Positions 50,646 through 61,885 are shown, counted from the stretch's first letter. The stretch is 64,000 nucleotides of DNA from Promethearchaeota archaeon (GCA_048940925.1 JBHLOC010000002.1:96001-160000); one strand, 5' to 3'. Numbers and translations: made by a program. Notes: generated by a model from the letters alone, not told the origin.

Positions 50646-52142
50646 GTGGTTCAGATAGGCAAAGAGTATTCCTTTGATAAGATCAATCCACGGAATTTAA
50701 TGGAAGCAACATACAGGGCTATTGAAAATTTTCAGATAAGGGCTCTTTTTGAAGCAAAAGAGGAAATTTTACAAGCTGGAAAATATTCGGAAGAAGAATT
50801 TTATGAAATTTTAGACTCAATGATCGATGCTGAAACAGAACGCACATTGATTTTAGAAGAAATACGAGGTAACGAGCCCTTATTTTTAGAAGAACTAGTA
50901 AAGATTGTAAAGGACGTGCCTCCTGTAAATGTTATTAGAGATATATTTTATTTAAAGGAACAGGGTTATATTAAAAAAGAAATCGAAACTAAAATTAAAA
51001 AAGTTATCAAGAAAATTAAAGGAGAAGAAAAAGAGGTTGAAGAAAAAGAATTTTTCTATAGATATCAAGCTAAAGATCTTCCAAATGATTTTATAGAGCA
51101 CCATTTGGAACCTGTTTCTATTGTATTTAAAGCAGGAGTATGTTGTCATTGTGGATGGTGCTCCTCTATCTGTCCTGTAAATGCCATAACTGTAACTGCT
51201 GACACACTTGAAATACACGATGAAATTTGTATTAAATGTGGATTATGTTATACAGTTTGTCCTCGTTCCTTTTCAATTGAACAAGCTTTAATGGCTATTA
51301 AAAAACTTGATAAAACCTTTAAATTTTCAGAAAAAATTAATGGTTATATCGATACCTATTCTGCCACCACAACTAAAGATGAGATCAAAAAGGTACGACA
51401 AGATGGAGGAATCGTAACCTCATTATGTGAATATTTACTTACGAATAAATTAGTTGATGCGATTGTAGCTGTTCAGCATTCAAAAGACTTATGGAAACCG
51501 GAGCCAGTTATTGTAGATAATTTAAAAGATCTCTATAAGACAGGAGGGACGAAATATGCAAATGCATCAACATTAGCAATTATTGATAAAACAAAGATGT
51601 ATGAGAACATAGCAGTAGTAGGAACTCCCTGTATGATGAATGCTTTAGAAAAAGGTCAATTATTTCCAAGCGGTATAGTCTTTTTCAAGAATATAAAATA
51701 TAAAATTGGACTTTTTTGCATGGAATCTTTTCCCTATGAGGGTGTACTTGGATTAATTAAGGAGCAATTTAAACAGGATTTTACTAAAGTAACAAAGATG
51801 GATATCAGCGGTGGTAAATTTATTATCTATATGGATTCAGGAGAAGAATTAAAAGTACCACTTAACGATATTAAATCTTATGCACGCTCTAATTGTCATT
51901 ATTGTGAAGATTTAACAGCGGATTATGCTGATATTTCTGTAGGTTCAATTGGTTCAGGAAGTGGCTGGTCTTCTGTAATCACCCGAAATAAAAAGGGAGA
52001 AAAAATTTTTAAAGCTGCAGTTAAAGCTAAGTTAATCGAAGCTAAAAGTCTAAAAGAAGTTAAACCTGGTTTAGGTTTATTAGAAAGGATTGCTCTTAGT
52101 AAGAGGAAGAACTGTAAACCAATTAATCTAGAAGGAGAATAA
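50646..52142 (+). CDS. FrhB-family protein with N-terminal helical/wHTH domain and ferredoxin
   Basis: CCHCGWCSSICP, CIKCGLCYTVCP, QDGGIVT, VGTPC, IGLFC, ADISVGSIG. Confidence 0.87.
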   Translation: MVQIGKEYSFDKINPRNLMEATYRAIENFQIRALFEAKEEILQAGKYSEEEFYEILDSMIDAETERTLILEEIRGNEPLFLEELVKIVKDVPPVNVIRDIFYLKEQGYIKKEIETKIKKVIKKIKGEEKEVEEKEFFYRYQAKDLPNDFIEHHLEPVSIVFKAGVCCHCGWCSSICPVNAITVTADTLEIHDEICIKCGLCYTVCPRSFSIEQALMAIKKLDKTFKFSEKINGYIDTYSATTTKDEIKKVRQDGGIVTSLCEYLLTNKLVDAIVAVQHSKDLWKPEPVIVDNLKDLYKTGGTKYANASTLAIIDKTKMYENIAVVGTPCMMNALEKGQLFPSGIVFFKNIKYKIGLFCMESFPYEGVLGLIKEQFKQDFTKVTKMDISGGKFIIYMDSGEELKVPLNDIKSYARSNCHYCEDLTADYADISVGSIGSGSGWSSVITRNKKGEKIFKAAVKAKLIEAKSLKEVKPGLGLLERIALSKRKNCKPINLEGE

Positions 52143-52162
52143 CACATAAATATAATTTTATC

Positions 52163-53275
52163 ATGAGTTCAAAATCATTTAAGGATCTAATTAAAGAAGT
52201 TCATGAGAAAGGTATTTGTCAAGAATGTGGAGGCTGTGTAAGCTTTTGCAGTTCAGTTGATTATAATGTAATTGGATTTAAAGAACCCTTCTCACCTCCA
52301 GAATATATAAATAAAGATGCTTGTCTTGAATGTGGGATATGTTATTATCTCTGTCCTCAAACTCATATTTTGGATGATGATCTTAACAAAACATATAATT
52401 TTACTGATTTCAATTCAATGCCTTTAGGGTATTTCGAAGATATTCTATCTTGTCAAACAACTGATCCTGAATTTTTAAAACATGGAACTGATGGTGGAGT
52501 GGTAAATACAATCATAAACTACCTATTAGAAAAAAAATTAATTGATGGAGCGATTGTAGCAAAATATCAGGGTCCATTCTCTAGAGAATCCATGTTTGCT
52601 GAAGGAAAAGGTGATCTAATTAAGGCATCAGGTACAAAATTGGAAATATCTACCCAATTAGATGAAATTCAAAGATTTTGTACATATACACGCTCCATCC
52701 CTCAATTAAACCACTATAAATTTAAAAAATTAGCAATAGTGGGGACACCTTGCCAAATTTATACGGTTAGATGTATGCAAAATTTAGGTGTGACCCCTTC
52801 TGAGTATATTGAAATATGTTTAGGATTATTTTGCTATCATAATTTTCTTTTTGAGAAAACTCAGAGAGAAAAATTTGAAAAAACTTTTAATTTAAAATTT
52901 GAAAATATAAAAAAAATAAATATTAAGGAAGATTTGATTCTAAACTTGCAGTATAATAAATCTAAAGAGAAAACACTCCATATTCCTTTTGAACAGTTGA
53001 CAGATTACATCCGTCCTCCCTGTCATTCTTGTACCGATTTTACTAATATCTATGCTGATATTTCATTTGGAGGTCTTGGATCACCAAATAAATATACTAC
53101 AGTAATTCCTCGTACAGAAAAAGGTAAAAAATTGATTAACAAAATTCTTGATGATAAGATTATTAAATGTTTAGACATTGATGCTACAGCTGAAAATAAA
53201 ATGAAAGAGTTAATCACAAAATTTTCTCGATTAAAGATAAAGCGAGGAAAAGAATTTATAGAGAATTTAATGTGA
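52163..53275 (+). CDS. FrhB/FpoF-family protein
   Basis: CQECGGCVSFC, TDGGVV, VGTPCQ, LGLFC, CHSCTD..ADISFGG. Confidence 0.87.
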   Translation: MSSKSFKDLIKEVHEKGICQECGGCVSFCSSVDYNVIGFKEPFSPPEYINKDACLECGICYYLCPQTHILDDDLNKTYNFTDFNSMPLGYFEDILSCQTTDPEFLKHGTDGGVVNTIINYLLEKKLIDGAIVAKYQGPFSRESMFAEGKGDLIKASGTKLEISTQLDEIQRFCTYTRSIPQLNHYKFKKLAIVGTPCQIYTVRCMQNLGVTPSEYIEICLGLFCYHNFLFEKTQREKFEKTFNLKFENIKKINIKEDLILNLQYNKSKEKTLHIPFEQLTDYIRPPCHSCTDFTNIYADISFGGLGSPNKYTTVIPRTEKGKKLINKILDDKIIKCLDIDATAENKMKELITKFSRLKIKRGKEFIENLM

Positions 53276-53279
53276 GGAA

Positions 53280-54536
53280 GTGAAATTTATAACAGAAATA
53301 GAAAAAAAAGGGAAACCAAAGCAAGATATTGATGAAATAGATTTATTCTTAAAAAAAATATATGAACCTAATTTAATAAATTTATTAAGAAAATGTTATC
53401 AATGTGCTCGATGTTCAGGTGTATGTCAAGTTAGCAAAGTTCAGAAGTTCACACCAAGTAGAATAATTCAGATGATTTTAGAGGGTTTTGAGGATAAGAT
53501 TATCGAAAGTGGAGTTTTATGGGATTGTTTAACATGCAATGCTTGCCTCCAAAACTGTCCTAAAGATATAAACTTTGCGGACATTGTGCGAATAGCACGA
53601 TATAAAATGCAAAAAGAAGGTTTTCACAGTCTTGATCGGTTAATATCACATAAAGGCCTTTATCCGACAATAGGTGAACTAATGAGTCAAAACCATATTG
53701 ATATTACAAGACCCTTGGATTGGATTCCAAAAGGGTGTAAAGTTAAAGATAAAGGAAATATATTATATTTTGTTGGATGCATTCCTTTTTTTGGTTATGA
53801 TTTTGAGAATTTAGACAAAATAGCGTCTAGCACATTATCAATTATTTGTAAAATTGAAAATGAGCCTATTGTTGTCCTCAAGGAAGAAGTTTGCTGTGGA
53901 CATGATTTATATTGGGGGCAAGGTAAATTTGAAGTATATATAGAATTAGCAAAAAAAAATAAAAAATTATTTGAAAAAGCAGGGATTTCCACAATAATAA
54001 CAGCATGTGCGGAATGTTATAGAACATTTAAAGTGGATTATCCCAATTTATTTGAAGATTTCGACTCAAAATTTGAAGTTAAACATATTATTGAATATGT
54101 GTATGATAATTGGAAGCTAGGGAAAATAGCTTTTAAAAGTCCTAAAAAAGCTTATCAAAATATTAATTTTACTTTTCATGATCCTTGTAGATTAAGTAGA
54201 TTTTTACCAAAAAATATAAATCTAGTAGAAGAACTTCGAGAAATTTTTACACATCTAAACAGTCTTGGGTATAATTTCAAAGAAATGAAACATAATAAGC
54301 AGAATTCATTATGTTGTGGAGTCAGTTCTTGGTTGAATTGTAATGAGCGTTCAAAAGCATTGCGATATACTAGAATTTTAGAGGCAAAGGATGTCGGTTC
54401 TAAAGTATATACATCTTGTCCTAAATGCAATATCCATTTAAATTGTATAAAGAAAGATTATGAAGATATATCTTCAGTAGAAATTTCAGATCTTTCAGAA
54501 TTTCTAGTTGATATAATTTCTATTATAAAAAATTAA
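53280..54536 (+). CDS. HdrD/GlpC-like protein (2x[4Fe-4S] + two CCG domains)
   Basis: CYQCARCSGVC, CLTCNACLQNCP, EVCCG, TACAEC, HDPCRL, LCCG, SCPKC. Confidence 0.85.
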   Translation: MKFITEIEKKGKPKQDIDEIDLFLKKIYEPNLINLLRKCYQCARCSGVCQVSKVQKFTPSRIIQMILEGFEDKIIESGVLWDCLTCNACLQNCPKDINFADIVRIARYKMQKEGFHSLDRLISHKGLYPTIGELMSQNHIDITRPLDWIPKGCKVKDKGNILYFVGCIPFFGYDFENLDKIASSTLSIICKIENEPIVVLKEEVCCGHDLYWGQGKFEVYIELAKKNKKLFEKAGISTIITACAECYRTFKVDYPNLFEDFDSKFEVKHIIEYVYDNWKLGKIAFKSPKKAYQNINFTFHDPCRLSRFLPKNINLVEELREIFTHLNSLGYNFKEMKHNKQNSLCCGVSSWLNCNERSKALRYTRILEAKDVGSKVYTSCPKCNIHLNCIKKDYEDISSVEISDLSEFLVDIISIIKN

Positions 54537-54557
54537 AAAAGGGGAGATAAAAAGATA

Positions 54558-57500
54558 GTGGAAGGATCTGTATTAGTAATTGGAGGAGGTATTGCGGGAA
54601 TCCAAACATCTTTAGATTTAACTGAATTAGGATTCAAGGTGTATTTAGTAGAAAAAACACCCTCAATAGGAGGGAGAATGGCTCAACTTGATAAAACATT
54701 CCCTACATTAGACTGTAGTTTATGCATTTTGGCACCTAAAATGGTGGAAGTTTTAAGGAATCCTAACATTGAACTCATGACATATCATGAAGTGCAGAAA
54801 GTAACTGGAAAAACTGGAGATTTTAATGTAACAGTTCTTAAGAAACCTCGTTATATAGATGAATCAAAATGTAAAGGATGTGGAGATTGTGCCAGCAAAT
54901 GCCCTAAGATCGAAGCTCCTAATCTTTTTGACATGAATTTAGGTAAAAGGAAATCTATTTATATTCCTTTTCCTCAGGCTGTACCCCCTGTTTATTTAAT
55001 TGACTCTGAAATGTGCCTAAAACTCACTAGGGATGTATGTGGAGTATGTCAGAAAGTTTGTGAAGCGGATGCAATAGATTTCGAACAAAAGCCCCAAGAA
55101 ATTAAGTTAAAAGTAGGAGCAATTGTTGTAGCAACGGGATTTGATATGACCCAGGAAGGATTATCATCAAGGTGGGGTATATATCATGAAAATGTAATAA
55201 CTGCTTTAGAGTACGAACGAATCCTTTGTGCTAGTGGTCCGTTTGATGGTCATGTTCTACGCCCAAGTGATAAAAAAGAACCTGAAACAATAGCGTTTAT
55301 TCAGTGTGCAGGCTCCAGGGACTTACGTGAAAGAGTTCCTTATTGTTCAAGCGTATGCTGTATGTATTGTGCCAAAGAAGCCATAATCACACGGGAACAC
55401 TCTGAAAACTCAAAATGTTTTGTTTTTCGACATGATATTAGGGCATATGGAAAAAATTTCTATGAATTTACTCAAAGAGCTCAAGAAGAATATGGAGTAA
55501 CTTATTTTCATACAAAAATTAGTAAAATTAAAGAAGATCCTCAAACTAACGATTTAACTATTCTATATGAAGATTTACAAACGGGATTACTCAACGAGTT
55601 TAAAGCAAATTTAGTTATTTTAGCTACTCCGCTTATTCCATCGAAAGGTACTAGAGAATTGGCAAAAATTTTAGATATTAACTTAGATGATTATAATTTC
55701 TTTGAGGAAACATCTCACTTTTATAAATCTTTATCTTCAAGGGAGGGTGTTTTCTTAGCAGGATTTTGTCAAGGACCGATGGATATACCCGAAACCGTAG
55801 CAGATGCCAGTGGAGTGGCTTCACAGGTTGCAGCTTTACTTAACTCCGTTAAATTTACTCAAATCAAAGAAAAAGTTTTTGATGTACCAGAAAAAGAAGT
55901 TCTCTTAACTGATGATCCAAGAATTGGTGTGCTTATCTGCCACTGTGGTATTAATATAGGGAAATATATTGAAATACCAAAAGTTATAGATTATATTAAG
56001 GCATTACCGAATGTAGTTTTTTGTGAAGATAATTTATATTCATGTAGTTCTGATTCCCAGGAACTAATTAGAGAAGTCATCAAAGATTTTGATTTGAATA
56101 GGTTTATTGTTGCTTCATGTACTCCAAGAACTCATGAGGCTTTATTTCAAGAAACATGTCAAGAAGCTGGATTGAATAAGTATTTATTCGAGATGGTTAA
56201 CATACGGGACCAATGCTCTTGGGTTCATATGACTGAGAAAGAAGCAGCAACTGAAAAAGCTATTGATTTAATTGAAATGGCTATTGCTAAGTCTAGACTA
56301 TTACAACCACATACAGAACAAGAATTATCAGTGATACCTAATGCCTTAATAATTGGTGGTGGAGTATCTGGAATGACAGCTGCATTGAACATTGCAAATC
56401 AAGGATTTGATGTTTACCTCATAGAAAAGAAAAAGAAACTAGGAGGTCTTTTAAACGATTTATATCTTTTGTATCCAACTCAAGAAGATGCTTCGATATT
56501 CCTGAAGGAAATAACTCAGAAAGTTGAGAACCATAAAAATATTGAGGTTCATTTAGAGTCAAAAGTAAAAGATGTTAAAGGATATGTTGGAAATTATGAT
56601 GTATCCCTTATTAATACCAATAATGAGGTGAGCGAACTTAAAGTTGGTATTATTATTGTCGCTACTGGAGGTCAAGAATTAAAACCTGATCAATATTCGA
56701 TATATGATGATAAAAATCAAAATGTTATTACTCAATTAGAATTGGAGCAGAAATTAAAAAGTGAGGATAAGTCTTGGCTTGATAATATCAAACGAGTTAC
56801 TACAATTCTATGTGTAAATGCAAGACAAGATGAAGGGATTACATTTTGCTCAAATATATGCTGTGTAACGACTATCAAAAACATGAATATTCTAAAGGAA
56901 TTAAAACCAGACCTCGAAATCATTATCCTCTATAGAGATTTTCAAATGGCTAAAAAGGAATTTGAAGAATACTTTTTTGATAGGAGGAAAGATGCAATTC
57001 TTCTCAGATATGACATAAACAAACCACCAAAAATTACTAAAATAAAAAATAAACCTGAAAAATATGGTATAAAGGTATTTGATACTAATTTACAAGATTT
57101 CATTTCCTTTGATACAGATTTTGTAATCCTATCTCCTCCCATGATTCCATCAGATGATTCAAAAGAGTTAGGAAAAATGTTAAAAGTACCCTTAGATAGG
57201 CATGGCTTTTTCTTAGAAGCACATGCTAAATTAAGACCAGTAGATTTCGCTACTGATGGTGTTTTTCTATGTGGTTGTGCTCATTGGCCAAAACATATTC
57301 AAGAATCAATTACCCAAGCAAATGGAGCTGCTGGGAGAGCAAGCAGATTTTTAAGTTCAAAAGGCATTGTTGCATCAGGTTTAGTAGCAGAAGTAAATAG
57401 TGATATTTGTATAGGATGTGGTGTTTGTACGAAATTATGTCCTTATAATGCTATATCGAAAGATGAAGAAGGTATAGCGATTGTGAATAAACTTGTGTGT

Positions 57501-57608
57501 AAAGGCTGTGGGGTATGTGGTGCGAGTTGTCCCGAAAATGCTATAACTGTACATCACTTTACTACAGATCAGATCTTATCAGAAATCATTGTTTATGGGG
57601 GGGATTAA
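54558..57608 (+). CDS. hdrA: Large (duplicated-module) HdrA-like flavoprotein, Cys form
   Basis: Two GGGxxG FAD modules, FPTLDCSLC, CHCGINI, ASCTPRTHE, C-terminal ferredoxin. Confidence 0.88.
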   Translation: MEGSVLVIGGGIAGIQTSLDLTELGFKVYLVEKTPSIGGRMAQLDKTFPTLDCSLCILAPKMVEVLRNPNIELMTYHEVQKVTGKTGDFNVTVLKKPRYIDESKCKGCGDCASKCPKIEAPNLFDMNLGKRKSIYIPFPQAVPPVYLIDSEMCLKLTRDVCGVCQKVCEADAIDFEQKPQEIKLKVGAIVVATGFDMTQEGLSSRWGIYHENVITALEYERILCASGPFDGHVLRPSDKKEPETIAFIQCAGSRDLRERVPYCSSVCCMYCAKEAIITREHSENSKCFVFRHDIRAYGKNFYEFTQRAQEEYGVTYFHTKISKIKEDPQTNDLTILYEDLQTGLLNEFKANLVILATPLIPSKGTRELAKILDINLDDYNFFEETSHFYKSLSSREGVFLAGFCQGPMDIPETVADASGVASQVAALLNSVKFTQIKEKVFDVPEKEVLLTDDPRIGVLICHCGINIGKYIEIPKVIDYIKALPNVVFCEDNLYSCSSDSQELIREVIKDFDLNRFIVASCTPRTHEALFQETCQEAGLNKYLFEMVNIRDQCSWVHMTEKEAATEKAIDLIEMAIAKSRLLQPHTEQELSVIPNALIIGGGVSGMTAALNIANQGFDVYLIEKKKKLGGLLNDLYLLYPTQEDASIFLKEITQKVENHKNIEVHLESKVKDVKGYVGNYDVSLINTNNEVSELKVGIIIVATGGQELKPDQYSIYDDKNQNVITQLELEQKLKSEDKSWLDNIKRVTTILCVNARQDEGITFCSNICCVTTIKNMNILKELKPDLEIIILYRDFQMAKKEFEEYFFDRRKDAILLRYDINKPPKITKIKNKPEKYGIKVFDTNLQDFISFDTDFVILSPPMIPSDDSKELGKMLKVPLDRHGFFLEAHAKLRPVDFATDGVFLCGCAHWPKHIQESITQANGAAGRASRFLSSKGIVASGLVAEVNSDICIGCGVCTKLCPYNAISKDEEGIAIVNKLVCKGCGVCGASCPENAITVHHFTTDQILSEIIVYGGD

Positions 57609-58386
57609 CTTAATGGAATTCAAACCAAAAATTTTAGGATTTTTATGTAATTGGTGTTCTTATGCTGGGGCTGATCTTGCAGGTGTAAGTCGAATTCAGT
57701 ATTCTCCAAATATTAGAATTATAAGAGTTATGTGTAGCGGTAGAGTTGATCCTATCTTCATTGCTGAAGCGTTTTCTAATAATATTGATGGTGTATTAGT
57801 TTTAGGATGTCATCCTGGAGATTGCCATTATATAAGTGGCAACTATGAAGCAGAAATAAAAATGAAGATGTTGAATAAATTATTAGAATTAATAGGGTAT
57901 TCTAAACGTTTACGATTAGATTGGGTTTCTGCTGCTGAAGGTAATAGATTTGCTCAGCTAGTTGATGAATTTAATGAACATATTAAGAAATTAGGTCCTA
58001 ACCCAATAAAAAACAAAAAACTAAAAGCTAAATTATCTGACGATTTTGCTGCAATAAAATCTGTTTTGATGGATTCTAGACTTAGAATTTTAGTGGGTAG
58101 AGAAAGAAAAATCACTACAGAAGGAAATGCATATAATGAGATAATCCCTATAGAGGAATTTGACCAAAAAATTGACGATGCAATTAATAATGAATTTTCA
58201 CGATATAAAATATTGCAAAAAATCTCTCACCATAGTAAATCTGTCCCAGAAATCTCTAAAGAGGTTCAAATTGCGCCAAATGAAGTATTAAATCACATTG
58301 TTACTTTAAGACAAAGAGGGCTTGTTGATTTAGATGAGGTTAATGAAGAAATACCAACATTTATTTCAATTAAGGAGGGTAAATAA
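57589..58386 (+). CDS. mvhD: MvhD (Cys form) with C-terminal helical/wHTH extension
   Basis: CNWCSYAGAD, RVMCSGRVD, GCHPGDCHY; tail SVPEISKEVQIAPNEVLNHIVTLRQRGLV; start probably ATG 57613. Confidence 0.88.
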   Translation: MFMGGINLMEFKPKILGFLCNWCSYAGADLAGVSRIQYSPNIRIIRVMCSGRVDPIFIAEAFSNNIDGVLVLGCHPGDCHYISGNYEAEIKMKMLNKLLELIGYSKRLRLDWVSAAEGNRFAQLVDEFNEHIKKLGPNPIKNKKLKAKLSDDFAAIKSVLMDSRLRILVGRERKITTEGNAYNEIIPIEEFDQKIDDAINNEFSRYKILQKISHHSKSVPEISKEVQIAPNEVLNHIVTLRQRGLVDLDEVNEEIPTFISIKEGK

Positions 58387-61300
58387 TGGAGAAAATAGGC
58401 GCTGTATTAGTGATAGGGGCAGGAATAGCAGGTATTCAAGCATCTATTGATTTAGCAGATTCTGGTTATAAAGTATATCTAGCGGAATCGACGATGAGTA
58501 TCGGTGGAGTTATGTCACAGCTAGATAAAACATTTCCTACAAATGATTGTGCTATATGTATACTCGCTCCAAAATTAGTACTTACTGGTCGTCATGAGAA
58601 TATAGATATTCTAATAAATTCCTCTATCGAAAAAATTGAAGGAAAACCTGGGAATTTTAAGGTTGAATTAAAACAGAAATCATTATATTTAGATCAAAAT
58701 AAATGCACAGGTTGCGGTGTCTGTGCTCAAAAATGTCCTATTGAAGCTATTGATTTTTTCAATGAAGGTCTTTCGAAAAAATCTGCGATATCTGTAAAAT
58801 TTCCCCAAGCAGTTCCTTTAGTGTTTTCAATAGATAAAGAAAAATGTATAGGTTGCGAAGTTTGTAAAGAAATTTGTAAAGCTGATGCAATAGATTATAA
58901 GTTAAAAGAAAAAAAAATTAATCTTAATGTAGGAGCAGTAATTTTAGCGGTTGGATTTGATGAATTTGAACCTGCTCCTTTAACAAATCTAGGATATGGT
59001 AAATTTTTAAATGTAATAACGAGTATTCAATTTGAGCGCATATTAAGCGCTAGTGGACCACACTCTGGTTTAATACTTCGTCCTTCGGATGGGATTATAC
59101 CCAGAAAAATAGCATTCCTACAATGTGTTGGATCAAGGGATAAAAGACATAATGTTGAATATTGTTCCTCAGTATGTTGTATGTATACTACAAAAGAAGC
59201 CGTAATTGCAAAAGAACATGTTAATATTATAGAACCAACTATTTTTACAATGGATATACGTGCATATGGTAAAGATTTTGATAAGTATATTGAACGAGCA
59301 AAACATGAACATGGGATACGATATATTAGAAGTAGAATTTCGAAAGTTAGTGAAATTCAAGACTCTAAAGATTTAAAGATTCGATATGAAACAGAAGATG
59401 GAAAAATCATCGAAGAGACCTTTAATTTAGTTGTTTTAGCTGTCGGAGCCCAACCTAATCATAGTGCTAAAGAATTGGCTGAAAAACTAGACGTTGAGTT
59501 AAATGAATACGGTTTTTGTAAGACTAATAGGTTTAATCCGGTAGAAACATCACAACCAGGGATTTATGTATGTGGGATGTTTGCTTCGCCTAAAGATATT
59601 CCAGAAACTGTTATCGAAGCAAGTGCTGCTGCTGGATGTGTGAATGTTCTTCTCTCTGAAACAAGAAATACATTAATCTCAAAGAAAGAAATGCCTGAAG
59701 AAATTGATGTGTCTGATGAACCCCCCCGAATAGGTGTTTTTATTTGTCATTGCGGGATAAATATTGGTGGTGTTGTTAATGTTCCTGAAGTAGTTGAATA
59801 TGCTAAATCTCTTCCAAGCGTAGTTTACGCTGAACATAATCTCTATACATGTTCTGCTGATACTCAAACTAATATTAAAGAAAAAATTCAAGAATATCAG
59901 CTTAATAGAGTTATAGTTGCCTCATGTACTCCGCGAACACATGAGCCATTGTTTCAAGCAACAATTCAGGAGGTAGGATTAAATAAATATCTGTTTGAGA
60001 TGGTCAATATTCGAGATCAGTGTTCTTGGGTTCACATGCATGAAGCTGAAAATGCTACCTTTAAAGCAAAAGACTTAATAAGAATGTCAGTAGCTAAAGC
60101 TAAGCAATTAGTACCATTGCAAGAACAAGAAATTGATGTGGTTGATAAAGGATTAATTATAGGCGGAGGTGTATCTGGAATGTCAGCAGCACTAAACCTA
60201 GCATCTCAAGGTTTTGAAGTATACTTACTTGAGAAGGAGGATTCTCTAGGCGGATTTGCTAAAAATATATTTCAAAGCCTTGAAAATGATAATATACAGG
60301 AATTTCTTGAAAATCTAATAAAAGCAGTTAAAGATAATCAATTGATTCATGCATATACAAATGCTCAAATCAATTCAATTTCAGGATACATTGGGAATTT
60401 TACCACCAATATAAATTATGGAAAAAATAATAAAAATGTGGATCTTGAGCATGGAATAATAATTGTAGCTACTGGAGCTAGAGAATATCAGCCAACAGAA
60501 TATAGCTTTGGAAAAGATAAAAGAATTATATCTCAAACTGAATTTGAAAAAATTCTTTTTACCACTGATAATATAAAGAATTTAAAATCAATTGTGATGA
60601 TTCAATGTGTTGGTTCTAGAAATGAAGAACATCCATATTGTAGTCGAATATGTTGCTCTGAAGCTATTAAAAATGCATTAAAAGCAAAAGAAATTGATCC
60701 TAATATTGAAATAGTAATTTTATATCGCGATATAAGAACCTACGGTTTTAAAGAGAAGTATTATAACCAAGCAAGAGAAAATAAAGTGATTTTTGTTAGA
60801 TTTGATGAAAATAATCCTCCAGAATTAAATATAAAAAACAAAAAATTAAGTATTTCTCTTAATAGACCTACCTTAGGAGATTTGGAAATTAATCCAGATT
60901 TGTTAGTATTAAGCACTGGGCTGGTAGCACCTCAAAAAGAAAATGAAGATTTAGCTAAAATGCTCAAAGTGCCGCTTAATGAAGATAAATTCTTTCTGGA
61001 AGCTCATGTTAAGTTAAGACCTATTGATTTCGCAACGGATGGGATATTCTTATGTGGATGTGCTCATTCACCTAAAAATATCAGAGAATCAATTGCTCAA
61101 GCAAATGGTGCCGCTGCCCAAGCAGTTAAAATTTTAAGTGCTGAAAATATTGTTACATCCGGTCTAGTTGCTACTGTAGTAGAAGAAAATTGTATTGGTT
61201 GTGGAACATGCGTTGAAGTTTGTCAATTTAATGCAATTGATTTAATTGAAAAAGAAAAAGTGTTTGAAGATTGTATAATTAAAATAAAAAAATCTCATAT

Positions 61301-61427
61301 TAATCCTGCCCTTTGTAAAGGTTGTGGCACATGTGGAGCGCAATGTCCAAATTCCGCAATTATTGTTAAGCATTTTGGTTTTGAGCAAATAACCGCTATG
61401 ATTTCAGCACTTTTAATTCAAAGTTAA
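58386..61427 (+). CDS. hdrA: Large HdrA-like flavoprotein, Cys form
   Basis: Same architecture as 54558..57608; FPTNDCAIC. Confidence 0.88.
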   Translation: MEKIGAVLVIGAGIAGIQASIDLADSGYKVYLAESTMSIGGVMSQLDKTFPTNDCAICILAPKLVLTGRHENIDILINSSIEKIEGKPGNFKVELKQKSLYLDQNKCTGCGVCAQKCPIEAIDFFNEGLSKKSAISVKFPQAVPLVFSIDKEKCIGCEVCKEICKADAIDYKLKEKKINLNVGAVILAVGFDEFEPAPLTNLGYGKFLNVITSIQFERILSASGPHSGLILRPSDGIIPRKIAFLQCVGSRDKRHNVEYCSSVCCMYTTKEAVIAKEHVNIIEPTIFTMDIRAYGKDFDKYIERAKHEHGIRYIRSRISKVSEIQDSKDLKIRYETEDGKIIEETFNLVVLAVGAQPNHSAKELAEKLDVELNEYGFCKTNRFNPVETSQPGIYVCGMFASPKDIPETVIEASAAAGCVNVLLSETRNTLISKKEMPEEIDVSDEPPRIGVFICHCGINIGGVVNVPEVVEYAKSLPSVVYAEHNLYTCSADTQTNIKEKIQEYQLNRVIVASCTPRTHEPLFQATIQEVGLNKYLFEMVNIRDQCSWVHMHEAENATFKAKDLIRMSVAKAKQLVPLQEQEIDVVDKGLIIGGGVSGMSAALNLASQGFEVYLLEKEDSLGGFAKNIFQSLENDNIQEFLENLIKAVKDNQLIHAYTNAQINSISGYIGNFTTNINYGKNNKNVDLEHGIIIVATGAREYQPTEYSFGKDKRIISQTEFEKILFTTDNIKNLKSIVMIQCVGSRNEEHPYCSRICCSEAIKNALKAKEIDPNIEIVILYRDIRTYGFKEKYYNQARENKVIFVRFDENNPPELNIKNKKLSISLNRPTLGDLEINPDLLVLSTGLVAPQKENEDLAKMLKVPLNEDKFFLEAHVKLRPIDFATDGIFLCGCAHSPKNIRESIAQANGAAAQAVKILSAENIVTSGLVATVVEENCIGCGTCVEVCQFNAIDLIEKEKVFEDCIIKIKKSHINPALCKGCGTCGAQCPNSAIIVKHFGFEQITAMISALLIQS

Positions 61428-61453
61428 ATTAAAATTAAAAGAAATGATTACCA

Positions 61454-61885
61454 GTGATAAGTAAAGAAAAAAAAATAAAAAATAAGGAATTTCATCCAAA
61501 TATTTTGTGTTTCTGTTGTAATTGGTGTAGTTATGCTGGAGCAGATTTAGCTGGAGTCTCACGATTTCAATATCCCTCTACTATTAGAATAGTACGTGTA
61601 ATGTGTTCTGGTAGAGTAGACCCCGCTTTTATTTTAGAAGCATTTAAAGATGGTATTGATGGAGTCATTGTAACAGGATGTCATATTGGTGATTGTCACT
61701 ATTTGAAGGGAAATGAATTTGCGAGAGATAGATTTGAACGTTTTCAAGAAGTTCTGAAAATATTTAATCTTGATAAAAGATTTAGACTTGAATGGGTAAG
61801 TGCCTCTGAAGGAAAACGATTTGCTGAAGTCATCACTGAATTTACTAATCAAATTAAAGAATTAGGTCCATTGCAAACTATTTAA
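61454..61885 (+). CDS. mvhD: MvhD (Cys form)
   Basis: CCNWCSYAGAD, RVMCSGRVD, GCHIGDCHY. Confidence 0.9.
   Translation: MISKEKKIKNKEFHPNILCFCCNWCSYAGADLAGVSRFQYPSTIRIVRVMCSGRVDPAFILEAFKDGIDGVIVTGCHIGDCHYLKGNEFARDRFERFQEVLKIFNLDKRFRLEWVSASEGKRFAEVITEFTNQIKELGPLQTI

Noticed and set aside
242-61852. Short antisense or overlapping ORFs in the track (e.g. 6960..7388, 14403..14840, 42541..42906, 46277..46753)
   Set aside because: They are shadows of well-supported genes on the opposite strand or frame and have no motifs.
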